This document shows positions 36,774 through 46,332 of a stretch of 64,000 nucleotides of DNA, piece after piece. The DNA is taken from positions 40,340 through 104,339 of the forward strand of contig CAYMZD010000001.1 of NCBI GenBank assembly GCA_964394855.1, read 5' to 3'. Each line of letters starts with the position of its first letter. Position 1 is the stretch's first letter. The stretch is from an uncultured Gammaproteobacteria bacterium (GTDB lineage: Bacteria > Patescibacteriota > Microgenomatia > Daviesbacterales > UBA10151). Both the position numbers and the translations under genes were made by a program. The notes under the pieces were generated by a model that did no database searches, had not been told where the DNA came from, and worked only from the letters and a program-made list of their open reading frames with translations.

Positions 36774-37256
36774 ATGGTAAAAATAAGGTTGATGAGAATA
36801 GGCGCCAAGAAAAGACCCTTTTATCGGGTAGTGGCAGTGGATGAAAGAGCTAAAAGAACAGGAGCTTATCTTGAACTTTTGGGAACCTATAATCCCTTGA
36901 CTCATCCTCATGAGATAAACTTAAAACAAGACAGAATTGATTATTGGGTCAAACAAGGAGCAAAGATGTCAGATGGATTTTTAAGGATCATCGGCAAAGC
37001 ACCCCAGAGACCACCAAGAAAGCCCAAAAAGACAAAGGCCCCACAGGAAGAAAAAACAGAAGAAGCGACCGAAGTGAAGTCTGACGCAGCTTCTCGACTG
37101 TCCGAGGCAGGCGAGAGTGGTGGCGAGAGCACAAGCTCTGACGTGCACGAGCCCGCTCGAGCCGGTTCCGAACCGCAAGCCGGCAGCGAGGAAGCCGAGT
37201 TGGAGAAGCAAGACCAGACCAACGAAGGAGCAGCCCCCGATGAAAGACCTACTTGA
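36774..37256 (+). CDS. rpsP: 30S ribosomal protein S16 with an approximately 75-aa acidic, GC-rich C-terminal extension
   Basis: MVKIRLMRIGAKKRPFYRVVAVDERAKRTGAYLELLGTYNPL S16 core. The extension is Glu/Ser/Ala-rich. Confidence 0.8.
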   Translation: MVKIRLMRIGAKKRPFYRVVAVDERAKRTGAYLELLGTYNPLTHPHEINLKQDRIDYWVKQGAKMSDGFLRIIGKAPQRPPRKPKKTKAPQEEKTEEATEVKSDAASRLSEAGESGGESTSSDVHEPARAGSEPQAGSEEAELEKQDQTNEGAAPDERPT

Positions 37257-37479
37257 ATTTATTGTCACCAATCTAGTTTCTAAACCAGAAGCTGTCAATA
37301 TTGACGAACAAAGAAATAATGGAGAAGTCAATTTAACTCTAACTGTTGATCCAGCTGATATGGGTTTGATAATTGGTAAGGGGGGTCAAACCATCAGAGC
37401 AATTAGAAAATTATTAACCGTTAGATCTATTGCGGAAAATGTCAGGGTGAATTTGCAACTGGTGGAACCAAATTCTTAA
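37240..37479 (+). CDS. KH-domain RNA-binding protein (YlqC/UPF0109-like)
   Basis: GLIIGKGGQTIRAIR KH GxxG motif. The start was moved to MKDLLEF. Conserved position between rpsP and trmD. Confidence 0.7.
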   Translation: MKDLLEFIVTNLVSKPEAVNIDEQRNNGEVNLTLTVDPADMGLIIGKGGQTIRAIRKLLTVRSIAENVRVNLQLVEPNS

Positions 37480-37483
37480 TTCT

Positions 37484-38146
37484 ATGCGAATTAGCATCAT
37501 CACTTTATTCCCGGAAGTTTTTGACCCTATCTTACACTCATCTATTTTAAAAAGGGCTCAAAAAAAGGGGCTGGTTGAATTTGAATTAATTAATCTGCGT
37601 GATTTTGGGGAGGGAAAACACAAAGTAGTTGATGACCGCCCCTTTGGTGGGGGAGCAGGCATGATTTTGCGGGCAGACATTTTAACTAAAGCATTAAAAT
37701 CAATTAATCAGGGAAAAGTTATCTTAACCTCTGCATCTGGAAAAACATACAAACAGGCAGTGGCGCAAAAACTATCTAAGTTGGATCATATCATTATAGT
37801 TTGCGGTCATTATGAAGGGGTGGACCAAAGGTTTATAGATATTTATATTGATGAGGAAATCAGCATAGGGGATTATGTGTTAACTGGCGGGGAAATTCCT
37901 GCTATGGTGATAGTCGATTCTGTTGTTAGATTAATCCCCGGAGTTTTAGAAAAACCGGAAGCTACCCAAAATGAATCCTTTTCCCAGGGACTTCTAGAGT
38001 ACCCACAATATACCAGACCAGAGGAATTTGAAGGAGAAAAAGTACCCAAAGTTTTACTTTCCGGAAACCACGCTGAAATTGCCAAATGGCGAAATAAAAA
38101 ATCATTGGCAAAAACTAAAAAAATCCGCCCTGATTTACTCAAATAA
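37484..38146 (+). CDS. trmD: tRNA (guanine37-N1)-methyltransferase TrmD
   Basis: MRISIITLFPEVF N-terminus, a GGGAGM-type SAM region and ILTSASGK. Confidence 0.9.
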   Translation: MRISIITLFPEVFDPILHSSILKRAQKKGLVEFELINLRDFGEGKHKVVDDRPFGGGAGMILRADILTKALKSINQGKVILTSASGKTYKQAVAQKLSKLDHIIIVCGHYEGVDQRFIDIYIDEEISIGDYVLTGGEIPAMVIVDSVVRLIPGVLEKPEATQNESFSQGLLEYPQYTRPEEFEGEKVPKVLLSGNHAEIAKWRNKKSLAKTKKIRPDLLK

Positions 38147-38190
38147 ATACATATAGTTGTATAATTGTATAATGTAGTATAATATAAAAA

Positions 38191-38739
38191 ATGTCGAGAA
38201 TAGAGGATTTAGTCAAATATCAAGATAAAACAGCGAAGTTAAGCCTTCAAATTCAAAAAGGTATTAGAACTGGGGATACTGATTCTACATACGACGCACT
38301 GGCGCAATATACAGTACTAATGATCGCCGGGGGAGAATCCGTTAGAGATAAATCTGCAGAAGTACTCAATTCTCAATTATTTGCTCAAACCCTACAAGAA
38401 GCTATTGATTCAATCAGACAAGACCAACCAAGAAGAGGTCTTTCGGAATTATTGAAGTGGAATTCTCGGTGGGATGACTTAACGCCGGAAACAGTAGCAA
38501 CGGTACTTTTACCACCCCATCTTATGCCAATAGCAGTGCGTGCTATACGCGTTTGCAGAGATGCTTTTGACGATTCTGCTCAATTTATTTCCCCGCGCTT
38601 TAGGAAAAAACAAGCACAGGCTGTCTTGGGTTACCTAGATTGGGCACACGGACACATTAAAGATCCCACAAAACCTGTTAATCCAGGAGAAGCTTTTGAT
38701 GATTTTGGGTTGCAATCTATGCTCCCATTTAGACAGTAG
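38191..38739 (+). CDS. Hypothetical protein
   Basis: ORF only. AT-rich promoter-like region upstream (38147-38190). Confidence 0.4.
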   Translation: MSRIEDLVKYQDKTAKLSLQIQKGIRTGDTDSTYDALAQYTVLMIAGGESVRDKSAEVLNSQLFAQTLQEAIDSIRQDQPRRGLSELLKWNSRWDDLTPETVATVLLPPHLMPIAVRAIRVCRDAFDDSAQFISPRFRKKQAQAVLGYLDWAHGHIKDPTKPVNPGEAFDDFGLQSMLPFRQ

Positions 38740-38743
38740 TCTT

Positions 38744-38760
38744 CACACCTCCAGGGTGTG
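38744..38760. repeat. REP-like hairpin (CACACCTCCAGGGTGTG)
   Basis: 6-bp stem CACACC/GGTGTG around a 5-nt loop. Same family as 39590, 40344 and 25877. Confidence 0.7.
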
Positions 38761-38818
38761 GTAGTTCGAGGAGATCTGCTAACTTGACAATTATAAAATC
38801 CCATAATATAATTCCCTC

Positions 38819-39571
38819 ATGCCTGAAGTACTTTCATTTAAAACTCAATTAGAAGGGTTTGCCAAAAATCCTCTAGAGATAAGTGGACCCTCTGGTGTTG
38901 TGGCTGTACTTGCTTCCATGACACCTGATAATATCAATCCTCAAACATTACGTGATTTAATGGTTTCATCTCCGGTTGATGTACCTACTATTGTGGAAGA
39001 AACTCTCAGGGGATTATTTTTAATTGATCCTGATCAAGGAACAACTATGAGAGCTTTCACTGAGGAAGCTACGGTACTAGTATTTAACAATGGATTACCC
39101 GTTGGATATTACGAAATGGCTGACGGAGAGGTTCATAGAAACCACGGGGCTAAAGAATATGGGTACACCTTACTACCATATGCTGCTCGTAAAGGAGCAC
39201 GGAGATGGCATATGGAATTAAAAGGACCTGATTTAGGAGGAATGATGGGACTGTTTTGGAGTACTTATAGTATAAGAAAAAATTACGCGTATTTTAAAGA
39301 GCTTGGTCCTGAAAACGTTGGTGTTTTTATCGGAGATGCTGCTGTGAATCTAGATTCACATAGGTTGGTTATTGGAGTTAGCGGAGCCCAAATGACAGAG
39401 GAATTTTTAAGGTTTTTAACTGGAGGAAATGTAAAAGAACATACAATAGAACTTTTTGCTGGGATAGGCGATGAGGTTTTGGCTGAAGGAATAGCACAAA
39501 GAATTAAAGATCCACGGCTGGTAGTAGCTCGAATCCATCCTGACATACGGCAAATTTCCACTTGGCACTAA
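38819..39571 (+). CDS. Hypothetical protein
   Basis: ORF only. Bounded on both sides by REP-like hairpins. Confidence 0.4.
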   Translation: MPEVLSFKTQLEGFAKNPLEISGPSGVVAVLASMTPDNINPQTLRDLMVSSPVDVPTIVEETLRGLFLIDPDQGTTMRAFTEEATVLVFNNGLPVGYYEMADGEVHRNHGAKEYGYTLLPYAARKGARRWHMELKGPDLGGMMGLFWSTYSIRKNYAYFKELGPENVGVFIGDAAVNLDSHRLVIGVSGAQMTEEFLRFLTGGNVKEHTIELFAGIGDEVLAEGIAQRIKDPRLVVARIHPDIRQISTWH

Positions 39572-39589
39572 ACACACACCTTCATGTTG

Positions 39590-39606
39590 CACACATCCAA
39601 GGTGTG
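39590..39606. repeat. REP-like hairpin (CACACATCCAAGGTGTG) upstream of the RAYT gene
   Basis: Same motif family. Preceded by an additional CACACACC half-site at 39573-39580. Confidence 0.7.
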
Positions 39607-39647
39607 ATAGGTTGACACCTTAGTATTTTTACCATATTATTTTATTT

Positions 39648-40316
39648 ATGGCCTACAGAAAAACCCCAGTTGTAAATGGAGAGATATACCATGTTTACAA
39701 CAGAAGTAACGGACAACAAGAAATATTTTTATCCGCAAAAGATTATCAAAGAGCAATGGAAGTTTTTAGGTTCTACCTCTTTGGAAAACCATCTCTTCGC
39801 TTCTCCTTCTATAACCGTTTACCAAAAGACCAGAAACCTAAATACTTAGAAGGGTTATATTTAGGCAAGCCAATCGTAGATATAATCGGCTTTTGTTTAA
39901 TGCCTAATCATTTCCATTTTTTACTAAAGGGGCTGGAAGGAAAAGGAATAAATCAATTCATCAGCAATTTCCAAAATAGCTATGCCAAATATTTCAATAT
40001 TAAAATGACTCGTACTGGATCACTATTTCAGCAAAATTTTAGAGCTGTAAGAATTGAATCAGACGAACAACTTATTCACGTTTCCAGATACATTCATCTT
40101 AATCCTATTACAGCTTTTCTGGTTAGAACAATGGAGGAACTAGAACATTATCAATGGTCATCTTATCCTGATTATATACAAAGAGGGAAAACTTATATTA
40201 AAAAAGGTGTCGTTTTAGATCATTTTAGATCTATTGCAGATTATAAACAATTTATGGCCAACCAGATAGACTATCAAAGAAAATTAGACCGGATAAAGCA
40301 TTTACTAATGGAATAG
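39648..40316 (+). CDS. REP-associated tyrosine transposase (RAYT, IS200/IS605-like Y1 HUH transposase)
   Basis: GEIYHVYNRSNG beta-strand motif, MPNHFHFLL HUH motif, and RYIHLNPITAF...HYQWSSY carrying the catalytic Tyr. All parallel the RAYT/TnpA-REP family. Confidence 0.75.
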   Translation: MAYRKTPVVNGEIYHVYNRSNGQQEIFLSAKDYQRAMEVFRFYLFGKPSLRFSFYNRLPKDQKPKYLEGLYLGKPIVDIIGFCLMPNHFHFLLKGLEGKGINQFISNFQNSYAKYFNIKMTRTGSLFQQNFRAVRIESDEQLIHVSRYIHLNPITAFLVRTMEELEHYQWSSYPDYIQRGKTYIKKGVVLDHFRSIADYKQFMANQIDYQRKLDRIKHLLME

Positions 40317-40331
40317 TGCAGTTTTACTAGC

Positions 40332-40360
40332 GTGTGAACGTAGCACACATCCAAGGTGTG
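40332..40360. repeat. REP-like element (GTGTGAACGTAGCACACATCCAAGGTGTG) downstream of the RAYT gene
   Basis: Three-arm GTGTG/CACAC/GTGTG element, near-identical to the copy inside pheT. Confidence 0.7.
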
Positions 40361-40371
40361 TAATGACTACT

Positions 40372-41073
40372 CTATTCAAAGGGGTTGGATTTGCCGCGCG
40401 GTAAAGGCACATTTTGGCTGATACTACCTGTAGTTTTTTGAGCTTGAAACAATCTCACCAGTATCTTTTGCTCTTCATCAGAAATTTTTGGCAATGCCGC
40501 TTCTACAGAACCCAATTGCTGGGGATTGGAAGCAAAGAAAACTTCAATAGTTAAGTTGGCAGTAACTCCCCCAAATCCTTTAGCTGCTGACAAATCTATG
40601 GAACTAACTTTCATCACCCTAGAAGCTTTTTCTATACTCTCTACCAAACTTTCTAGGCCACTTTTTGAACCGAAGACTTCCAGTTTCATAGTGTAATTTG
40701 ATACTGCAGCAGCAGTGTTGGTTTGTACTTGTCCCAACTGAATTGTATTCAGACTTAAACCTGAACGGACAGTCAGATCTTGTAAAACCCCCACGATATC
40801 AGCAAAATCTTTATCTGGGGGTAGCGCGATAACGGAAATTTGCAATTGTTTTTTTAGCTCCTCTGTATTAATATTATTTAACTCTGCAGCTTTTACTTCT
40901 AGATTTTGCAGGCGTTGGGAAGAATTTTCCAGATTTTCTCTCTCTTTTAAATAACTTTTAAGCTGTGGCAAGATAACTGCTGCAATTAAAAACAAGCTAG
41001 CCACACCAATCAATACCGGGTAAATAATTATTTTATATTTAAGATAAAAGTTTATTAAACTTTCTTTTCTCAT
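40372..41073 (-). CDS. pilO: Type IV pilus assembly protein PilO-like
   Basis: Single N-terminal TM helix, a coiled coil and a periplasmic domain. Position after pilN. Confidence 0.5.
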   Translation of the reverse strand: MRKESLINFYLKYKIIIYPVLIGVASLFLIAAVILPQLKSYLKERENLENSSQRLQNLEVKAAELNNINTEELKKQLQISVIALPPDKDFADIVGVLQDLTVRSGLSLNTIQLGQVQTNTAAAVSNYTMKLEVFGSKSGLESLVESIEKASRVMKVSSIDLSAAKGFGGVTANLTIEVFFASNPQQLGSVEAALPKISDEEQKILVRLFQAQKTTGSISQNVPLPRGKSNPFE

Positions 41074-41612
41074 CTTGCCACCATTTTTAAATTAGCCCTA
41101 AAAATGCCATCTTTTCCCCTAGAAAGACTCTCTATATCTATCTTAGCTACCTTTTCAAAAACCTGATCTGAAGTTAAATTAGTAACTAGATTACTTAAAC
41201 TGGCAGAATTAGAGGCAATTAGAGAGATTAGAATATTAGCAGATTTATCTACTGTCAGAGCGGTGACTACTATTGATGGAGGAATTGTTTTATTAATTAA
41301 ACTATATACTGATGCTTGTTTGGAGGGGGGACTGCTCACTTTAGCGATACTGATTAAGCGGTTTTTTAAGTAGACTAGGCTCACTTCTTTATCTTTAAGT
41401 TGACCAATTTTTTCCTCTGCGGCTTGAGCCTGAATATTCGCTTTGGTAATATTTTGTGATTGAAATATCCGCAAACCGGCAGTGGCTGATGATAAAAAAA
41501 CTAAAACTAGTAGGGCAGAAGTAGATAAAAACTGGACCAAGTGAAATTTAGCTAGTTGTTTTTGACGCTCGGCATCCTCTCTGGGCAACAAGTTAATGCT
41601 TATTTTTTCCAT
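41070..41612 (-). CDS. pilN: Type IV pilus assembly protein PilN-like
   Basis: N-terminal INLLP motif followed by a TM helix. Confidence 0.6.
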   Translation of the reverse strand: MEKISINLLPREDAERQKQLAKFHLVQFLSTSALLVLVFLSSATAGLRIFQSQNITKANIQAQAAEEKIGQLKDKEVSLVYLKNRLISIAKVSSPPSKQASVYSLINKTIPPSIVVTALTVDKSANILISLIASNSASLSNLVTNLTSDQVFEKVAKIDIESLSRGKDGIFRANLKMVAR

Positions 41613-41615
41613 AGA

Positions 41616-42668
41616 TTAGTCCTCTCGCAGAGCCAATCCCACAGCTACAGAATATAAAGATGCATCTTTAGCCAGCTTGACCTTGACATTACTTTCTTTG
41701 GCCAAAAAATACCAAGGATCAGCTTCTTGCACTTCTAGCCCCAAATTACTGGCTAAGTATTGAACTAGCCCGGGAAGTTTAGCCCCTCCACCAGAAAGCA
41801 CCACTCTTTTTATTTGATTTTGAGGGTTTTTCGTTTGGAAAGCTTGAGTGACTCTTCTGGCCTCCTCCACCATCACATCTGTGACTGGTTTTAGCGCTTG
41901 GTAAACCTGTCCCTCCAGCTGATCTGGTAAAATCCCGTAAACTTTTTTGTATTCTTCTGCCTGCATCATCTCAAAATTAAAGTGTCCTGCTATTGCCCTG
42001 GTTAAAGCTAAACCTCCAGTTGAAATAGACCTTGTCAAAAGAATTAAACCTTTTGACACCACTGCAAAATCAGTCGTGGTCGTACCCATCTGAACAATCA
42101 ATGTAGTAGGAGAAAAAGGATTATTACCCACTAATGCCCTGGTGGAGGCGATAATCTCTGTTTCTAAAGCACGGACTTTAACTCCGGCCATCTCCAGCAC
42201 TTTAAGATATTTATTGATAATATTTTTAGGGGATGCCACCACAAATACCACTGTTCGACCACTCTTATTAATTCCTGGGCCTCGCTCACCTTTGGCTCGA
42301 GAAAGAACTTGCCAATTCAAGTTCACCTCGCTGACAGGCAGTGGAATAAATTCTTCTGATGCATATCTAATGGCAGGGGAGAGTTCGGAATCTGAAAGAT
42401 AAGGAAGATCATCAATCACTCTGGTAAAAACTTTTGATTCTGGCAGAGCCGCCACTACTTCTTTATATTCAATCCTGGCAGCTTGAAAAAGTTTTTTAAT
42501 AGCCACAGCCACAGCTTCCAAGTCCAAATCACCATCAGAACTTAAACCTGGCTGTGGTGAACCTATCATCCCCAGGGAGAGTAGCTTGGGAGGGTTATCG
42601 GATATAGACAAAGCCACTGCCTTAATGGAAGAAAAACCAATATCTAAACCAACAGAAGACTTACTCAT
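41616..42668 (-). CDS. pilM: Type IV pilus assembly protein PilM (actin-like ATPase fold)
   Basis: VGLDIGFSSIKAVAL N-terminus and an FtsA/PilM-like architecture. Confidence 0.7.
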   Translation of the reverse strand: MSKSSVGLDIGFSSIKAVALSISDNPPKLLSLGMIGSPQPGLSSDGDLDLEAVAVAIKKLFQAARIEYKEVVAALPESKVFTRVIDDLPYLSDSELSPAIRYASEEFIPLPVSEVNLNWQVLSRAKGERGPGINKSGRTVVFVVASPKNIINKYLKVLEMAGVKVRALETEIIASTRALVGNNPFSPTTLIVQMGTTTTDFAVVSKGLILLTRSISTGGLALTRAIAGHFNFEMMQAEEYKKVYGILPDQLEGQVYQALKPVTDVMVEEARRVTQAFQTKNPQNQIKRVVLSGGGAKLPGLVQYLASNLGLEVQEADPWYFLAKESNVKVKLAKDASLYSVAVGLALRED

Positions 42669-42720
42669 ACGTATTGTTACCTTATTCCATTGTAAATTGA
42701 AACTCTAAGATTGTAAATTG

Positions 42721-44511
42721 TTATTTTATTTGATAAGTTCCTTTAACAAGCGAAAATGAACCGCCGGGGCCTGATGAGAAAAGAGTACTAGATAAACCCT
42801 GCTCATAGTTAATGATTGAGTTGTTGGTCAACGTTATTTTCCAGGCCGTCAGTTCTTTAAACTGATTGTCATTTCCAGGATTAATTATTCCTTTATCAGC
42901 ATAAAAAACTCCACTGTTACCATTGTTGCCAATAGCAATGGCATCTTCGTTGTTGGTCCTTGAATCAAAAGTAGCAAGAGCCATCAGCAGGCTACTTCCT
43001 TGACCAGTCCCTTCTAAATCATTGTTATTCCCCAAAGTTACTTTACCGTCAACCACCACCACTCCAGAGGTGACGCCATACTCTGGAGATAACCTCAATC
43101 TATTATTATTTCCTAGGCTTAAATTACCAGTAATCCAAATTGGAGATTTGACTGTCACAGTACAATTACTATTAAAGCTGACGTTACCGACAATTTTCTT
43201 ACTTTCCAGTACGGAAACACAATTGGTAATATCGCCTAAACTTGTGCCGGCTGCTGCTGCTTGGTTTTTCCACTCTGTAATGTTAGCTTCGGAGATGGGG
43301 AAAACCTTGGGGGGAGAATCAGCTGAACCTGGATGACACTTAGGATTATTACTGCAACTTTGCCCTGAAACTGTGGAATTAATAATTGTCTGATAAAAAG
43401 CTTCATCTATAATAGTTATATTCTCAATGGTATTGGCATAAACATCATTTTGGACTTGAAAATTATTACCTCCCCTGATAGACGTGACAGTACCGCCCAT
43501 ATAGGTCTTAAAGCTTAATTCTCCACTAAATGCATTCCAAGTGGGATTTCCTGTTGACCAGTTGGGGGACCAAAGTGGTAAGCCCCTGGCATAACTTTGG
43601 GCCAGATCATTTTGCCAAATCCAAAAATTGCTGTTATCAGAGGATGTATCAATCATTAACCAATAGCTGGTATTAGCCAGAAGTTGGGGAGAGCTGGAAA
43701 ATGTCACGTCAATCCAGCCGAAACTCGATGTCACCAAACTACCAAATAGAGTACCTGTGGTGATGACTCCATTTTTATCTGGTTTACCATCGTCGTCGCG
43801 CATTATTCTGACTATGACATCAGCAGGGTTCCCTTGTTTTTTGATTTTGAGGGAAATTTTATTGATGGTAGATGTTAAGCTTGGTTTAAAACTTTGAGCC
43901 ACATCTAATCTGACTTCACCGTTAACAGATTTGCCAAAAATAAAGTCATTACAATTACTTCCTTCACAATCCGTCTGTTGATCTGGGTTTGGTTGTATTC
44001 CTCCTGCCACCCAAGCATCTCCCGTAATGACATTATTATTACCAGCAATAATATTACCATTGGAATAAATGGTCCCCTGAACCTGATTATTATTACCAAG
44101 CTCTAAACCCCCTTCGCCAACTTGAATACCATAAACAAAAGATACGCCCACTCCTTTTGAGGCTTCTATTTTGATCGTTCTTTTGACCTTGGGGTCTTCC
44201 TTATTGGGGATATACCCTGTTGCCTCAATAATTTTAGTGACCGTATTTTTGGTAGTAATATCAACAGCATATGCACCACCCCCCAAAGAAGTTTCTGGCT
44301 CACCACTGTAACTGTCACCAGTTTTATTAAGTGAAACTATGGCTTTATCTATACCTGCTTCTGCTAGCGCAGCAGCTTTTTCAGCTTCATAAGAATAGGT
44401 GGTGTTATTAAAGTAAAGTGTGGCTCCGCCAATAAGCGATAAAGAGAAAACAAGCACCACCGCCACTACAATAATAACCAACACAAAAGCTTCTCCTCTT
44501 TCCTTAATCAT
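42721..44511 (-). CDS. Large PilX/PilY-like pilus-associated protein with parallel beta-helix-like GNNN repeats
   Basis: PilX_N-like hydrophobic N-terminus (ERGEAFVLVIIVVAVVLVF). Repeated LGNNN/AGNNN/IGNNG beta-helix-like segments. Confidence 0.5.
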   Translation of the reverse strand: MIKERGEAFVLVIIVVAVVLVFSLSLIGGATLYFNNTTYSYEAEKAAALAEAGIDKAIVSLNKTGDSYSGEPETSLGGGAYAVDITTKNTVTKIIEATGYIPNKEDPKVKRTIKIEASKGVGVSFVYGIQVGEGGLELGNNNQVQGTIYSNGNIIAGNNNVITGDAWVAGGIQPNPDQQTDCEGSNCNDFIFGKSVNGEVRLDVAQSFKPSLTSTINKISLKIKKQGNPADVIVRIMRDDDGKPDKNGVITTGTLFGSLVTSSFGWIDVTFSSSPQLLANTSYWLMIDTSSDNSNFWIWQNDLAQSYARGLPLWSPNWSTGNPTWNAFSGELSFKTYMGGTVTSIRGGNNFQVQNDVYANTIENITIIDEAFYQTIINSTVSGQSCSNNPKCHPGSADSPPKVFPISEANITEWKNQAAAAGTSLGDITNCVSVLESKKIVGNVSFNSNCTVTVKSPIWITGNLSLGNNNRLRLSPEYGVTSGVVVVDGKVTLGNNNDLEGTGQGSSLLMALATFDSRTNNEDAIAIGNNGNSGVFYADKGIINPGNDNQFKELTAWKITLTNNSIINYEQGLSSTLFSSGPGGSFSLVKGTYQIK

Positions 44512-45070
44512 TTCTTAAATTTGCCTCCGTTGTAGCTGTACTTACCTCAAAACTAGCTCCTGCTTTTTGTTTTAAAGTTAAACTTAAACTAACTTTCACT
44601 GCCGCTGTTGGTAAAACTTCCTGACCGTTGGAAGCAAAATATTGAAAAAGTATGCTGTCAACATTGTTTGTTAAAATTAGGTCGGCTGATTTTCTAGAAC
44701 TTTGACTATTGGGTAGTAATTGATAGCGTAGCTTATCAGTCTCTTTTGTATAAACAGCATAATCAAAAAAATCAGTCAAAACAAAACCTGATGCATCAAT
44801 GGAGGGAAGTTTTAAAACTAAGGTGGTAGCAGAACTGGTGTAGCTTTGAGGTGGAGCTTCTGGGAAACCCGAGGCAACTGACTGCGCTCCCTTAATTACC
44901 TCTCTGATATTCTCCATGGAATCATTTAAACCTAAACCTTGAGAAACTCGAGAAGACTGTTGATAAAATAAACCAGTATTATTGACCAAAATTGAAACCA
45001 ACAGCACCGCTACCACTGTCCCCACCGCCATAATGGTCAGGACTTCTACTAAGGTAAAACCACGACTCAT
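44504..45070 (-). CDS. Prepilin-type N-terminal cleavage/methylation domain protein (minor pilin)
   Basis: MSRGFTLVEVL class III signal peptide (G|FTLxE). Confidence 0.7.
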   Translation of the reverse strand: MSRGFTLVEVLTIMAVGTVVAVLLVSILVNNTGLFYQQSSRVSQGLGLNDSMENIREVIKGAQSVASGFPEAPPQSYTSSATTLVLKLPSIDASGFVLTDFFDYAVYTKETDKLRYQLLPNSQSSRKSADLILTNNVDSILFQYFASNGQEVLPTAAVKVSLSLTLKQKAGASFEVSTATTEANLRND

Positions 45071-45465
45071 TGCCCTAAACCCCCTTCAGAAATTAAAGTT
45101 TTTAAAGATATCTCCTGATTCTTACCTTCATTTTTCCAACTAACTTTAACGGTTATTTGTTTAGTATTTTCTCCTTGTGTGCAAATTAAGGGATTGCAGT
45201 CCTCAACTAAAACGCTGCCACTACCAGATGGTAAAAGATTTATTCTGGAATCAGTAATGACAGTTTCCCCATTGGCTAGATTAACAAAACTGATAGCACG
45301 TTTATCTTCTATCTGTTTGGTGGCTATCTCGCGAGCCAAACTCTGATGATTAGCCTTACCAATAAGATTAATAGAGTTGGGAAGATTACCTATTAAAAGT
45401 ACTAAAAATCCCACCAGCACAGTTACTAGTAATATTTCAATTAAAGAAACACCGCGTGAATTCAT
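45067..45465 (-). CDS. Prepilin-type protein (minor pilin)
   Basis: MNSRGVSLIEILLV (G|VSLIE). Confidence 0.65.
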   Translation of the reverse strand: MNSRGVSLIEILLVTVLVGFLVLLIGNLPNSINLIGKANHQSLAREIATKQIEDKRAISFVNLANGETVITDSRINLLPSGSGSVLVEDCNPLICTQGENTKQITVKVSWKNEGKNQEISLKTLISEGGLGQ

Positions 45466-46328
45466 TTAGTAATTTCTCCAGCCGAAAAAATGGCATAGTC
45501 AAAATAAAAAGGTACTACCTTATCCAACTTAAAAACCTGAACTTTCCGCTGTGTTTCCCCTGCAGTACCGGTGGAGGTGACTATTCTGGCTTGAGGCGGC
45601 AGAGAACAGGCATTAGTACCACAACTTCCACCCCACGGCAAAACCGCAAAGGCTTGAGAGGTACTGCTATATAAAATTCTAGCTCTTAGCAGTATTAGGG
45701 TGGGGGTAATCCCAGACAAACTTAAAGAATTACGACAATAAAAGACTCTGTTTGGCCCCATGGTGGTAGAAATTGTTGGCAGAGAATTTGAACAGTTGGC
45801 AGACACGTCCTGAAAACCATTGGTACTGGCTCTTCCGGAATTTGAATCAAAATAAAACTTTTTGCTCTGGTAAGCTCCGGCGACAGAGTAAATAACAGTC
45901 ACCTCTATAGCCGGTCGCTCCTGCGCATTTTGAATATTTGGCATACCCCAGGCAATCTCCAGCCATGGTTGATCATAATATTTAATTAATGTGACAGGAT
46001 CTGCCAGCCAAACCTGCGCAATTTCTTCTTTGCTAATAGGCGGATATTCCAAACTCTGATTTGCTGCTGGCAAATTGGCTTTAATATCTACTCCAGCTGT
46101 AGCATTGGATAAATCAGCTACTTGGAAACTGGAATCAGAGGTAAAATTTTGTCTCAAAGCCCGTTCCAGACCTGCTTCAGCCGCAGAAAAGGCCCTGGAA
46201 GATTGTTCAACTTTGGATGACGAAGATATATCTAGCAGACTTCTTTGAATGACAGAAATGCCTATGGCCAAAGCTACTGTCATCACCAAAACTAGTATTA
46301 AAATTATCTGACCGTTTTGTTTTGCCAT
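45462..46328 (-). CDS. PilX_N-like pilus-associated protein
   Basis: MAKQNGQIILILVLVMTVALAIG hydrophobic N-terminus. Located within the pilin array. Confidence 0.45.
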   Translation of the reverse strand: MAKQNGQIILILVLVMTVALAIGISVIQRSLLDISSSSKVEQSSRAFSAAEAGLERALRQNFTSDSSFQVADLSNATAGVDIKANLPAANQSLEYPPISKEEIAQVWLADPVTLIKYYDQPWLEIAWGMPNIQNAQERPAIEVTVIYSVAGAYQSKKFYFDSNSGRASTNGFQDVSANCSNSLPTISTTMGPNRVFYCRNSLSLSGITPTLILLRARILYSSTSQAFAVLPWGGSCGTNACSLPPQARIVTSTGTAGETQRKVQVFKLDKVVPFYFDYAIFSAGEITK

Positions 46329-46332
46329 ACTA

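Noticed and set aside
36941-37331. Overlapping minus-strand ORFs 36941-37222 and 36981-37331, and the extended 37117 start of the KH gene
   Set aside because: These are artefacts of the locally GC-rich S16 tail, where stop codons are rare in every frame. The KH-domain gene starts at MKDLLEF (37240).
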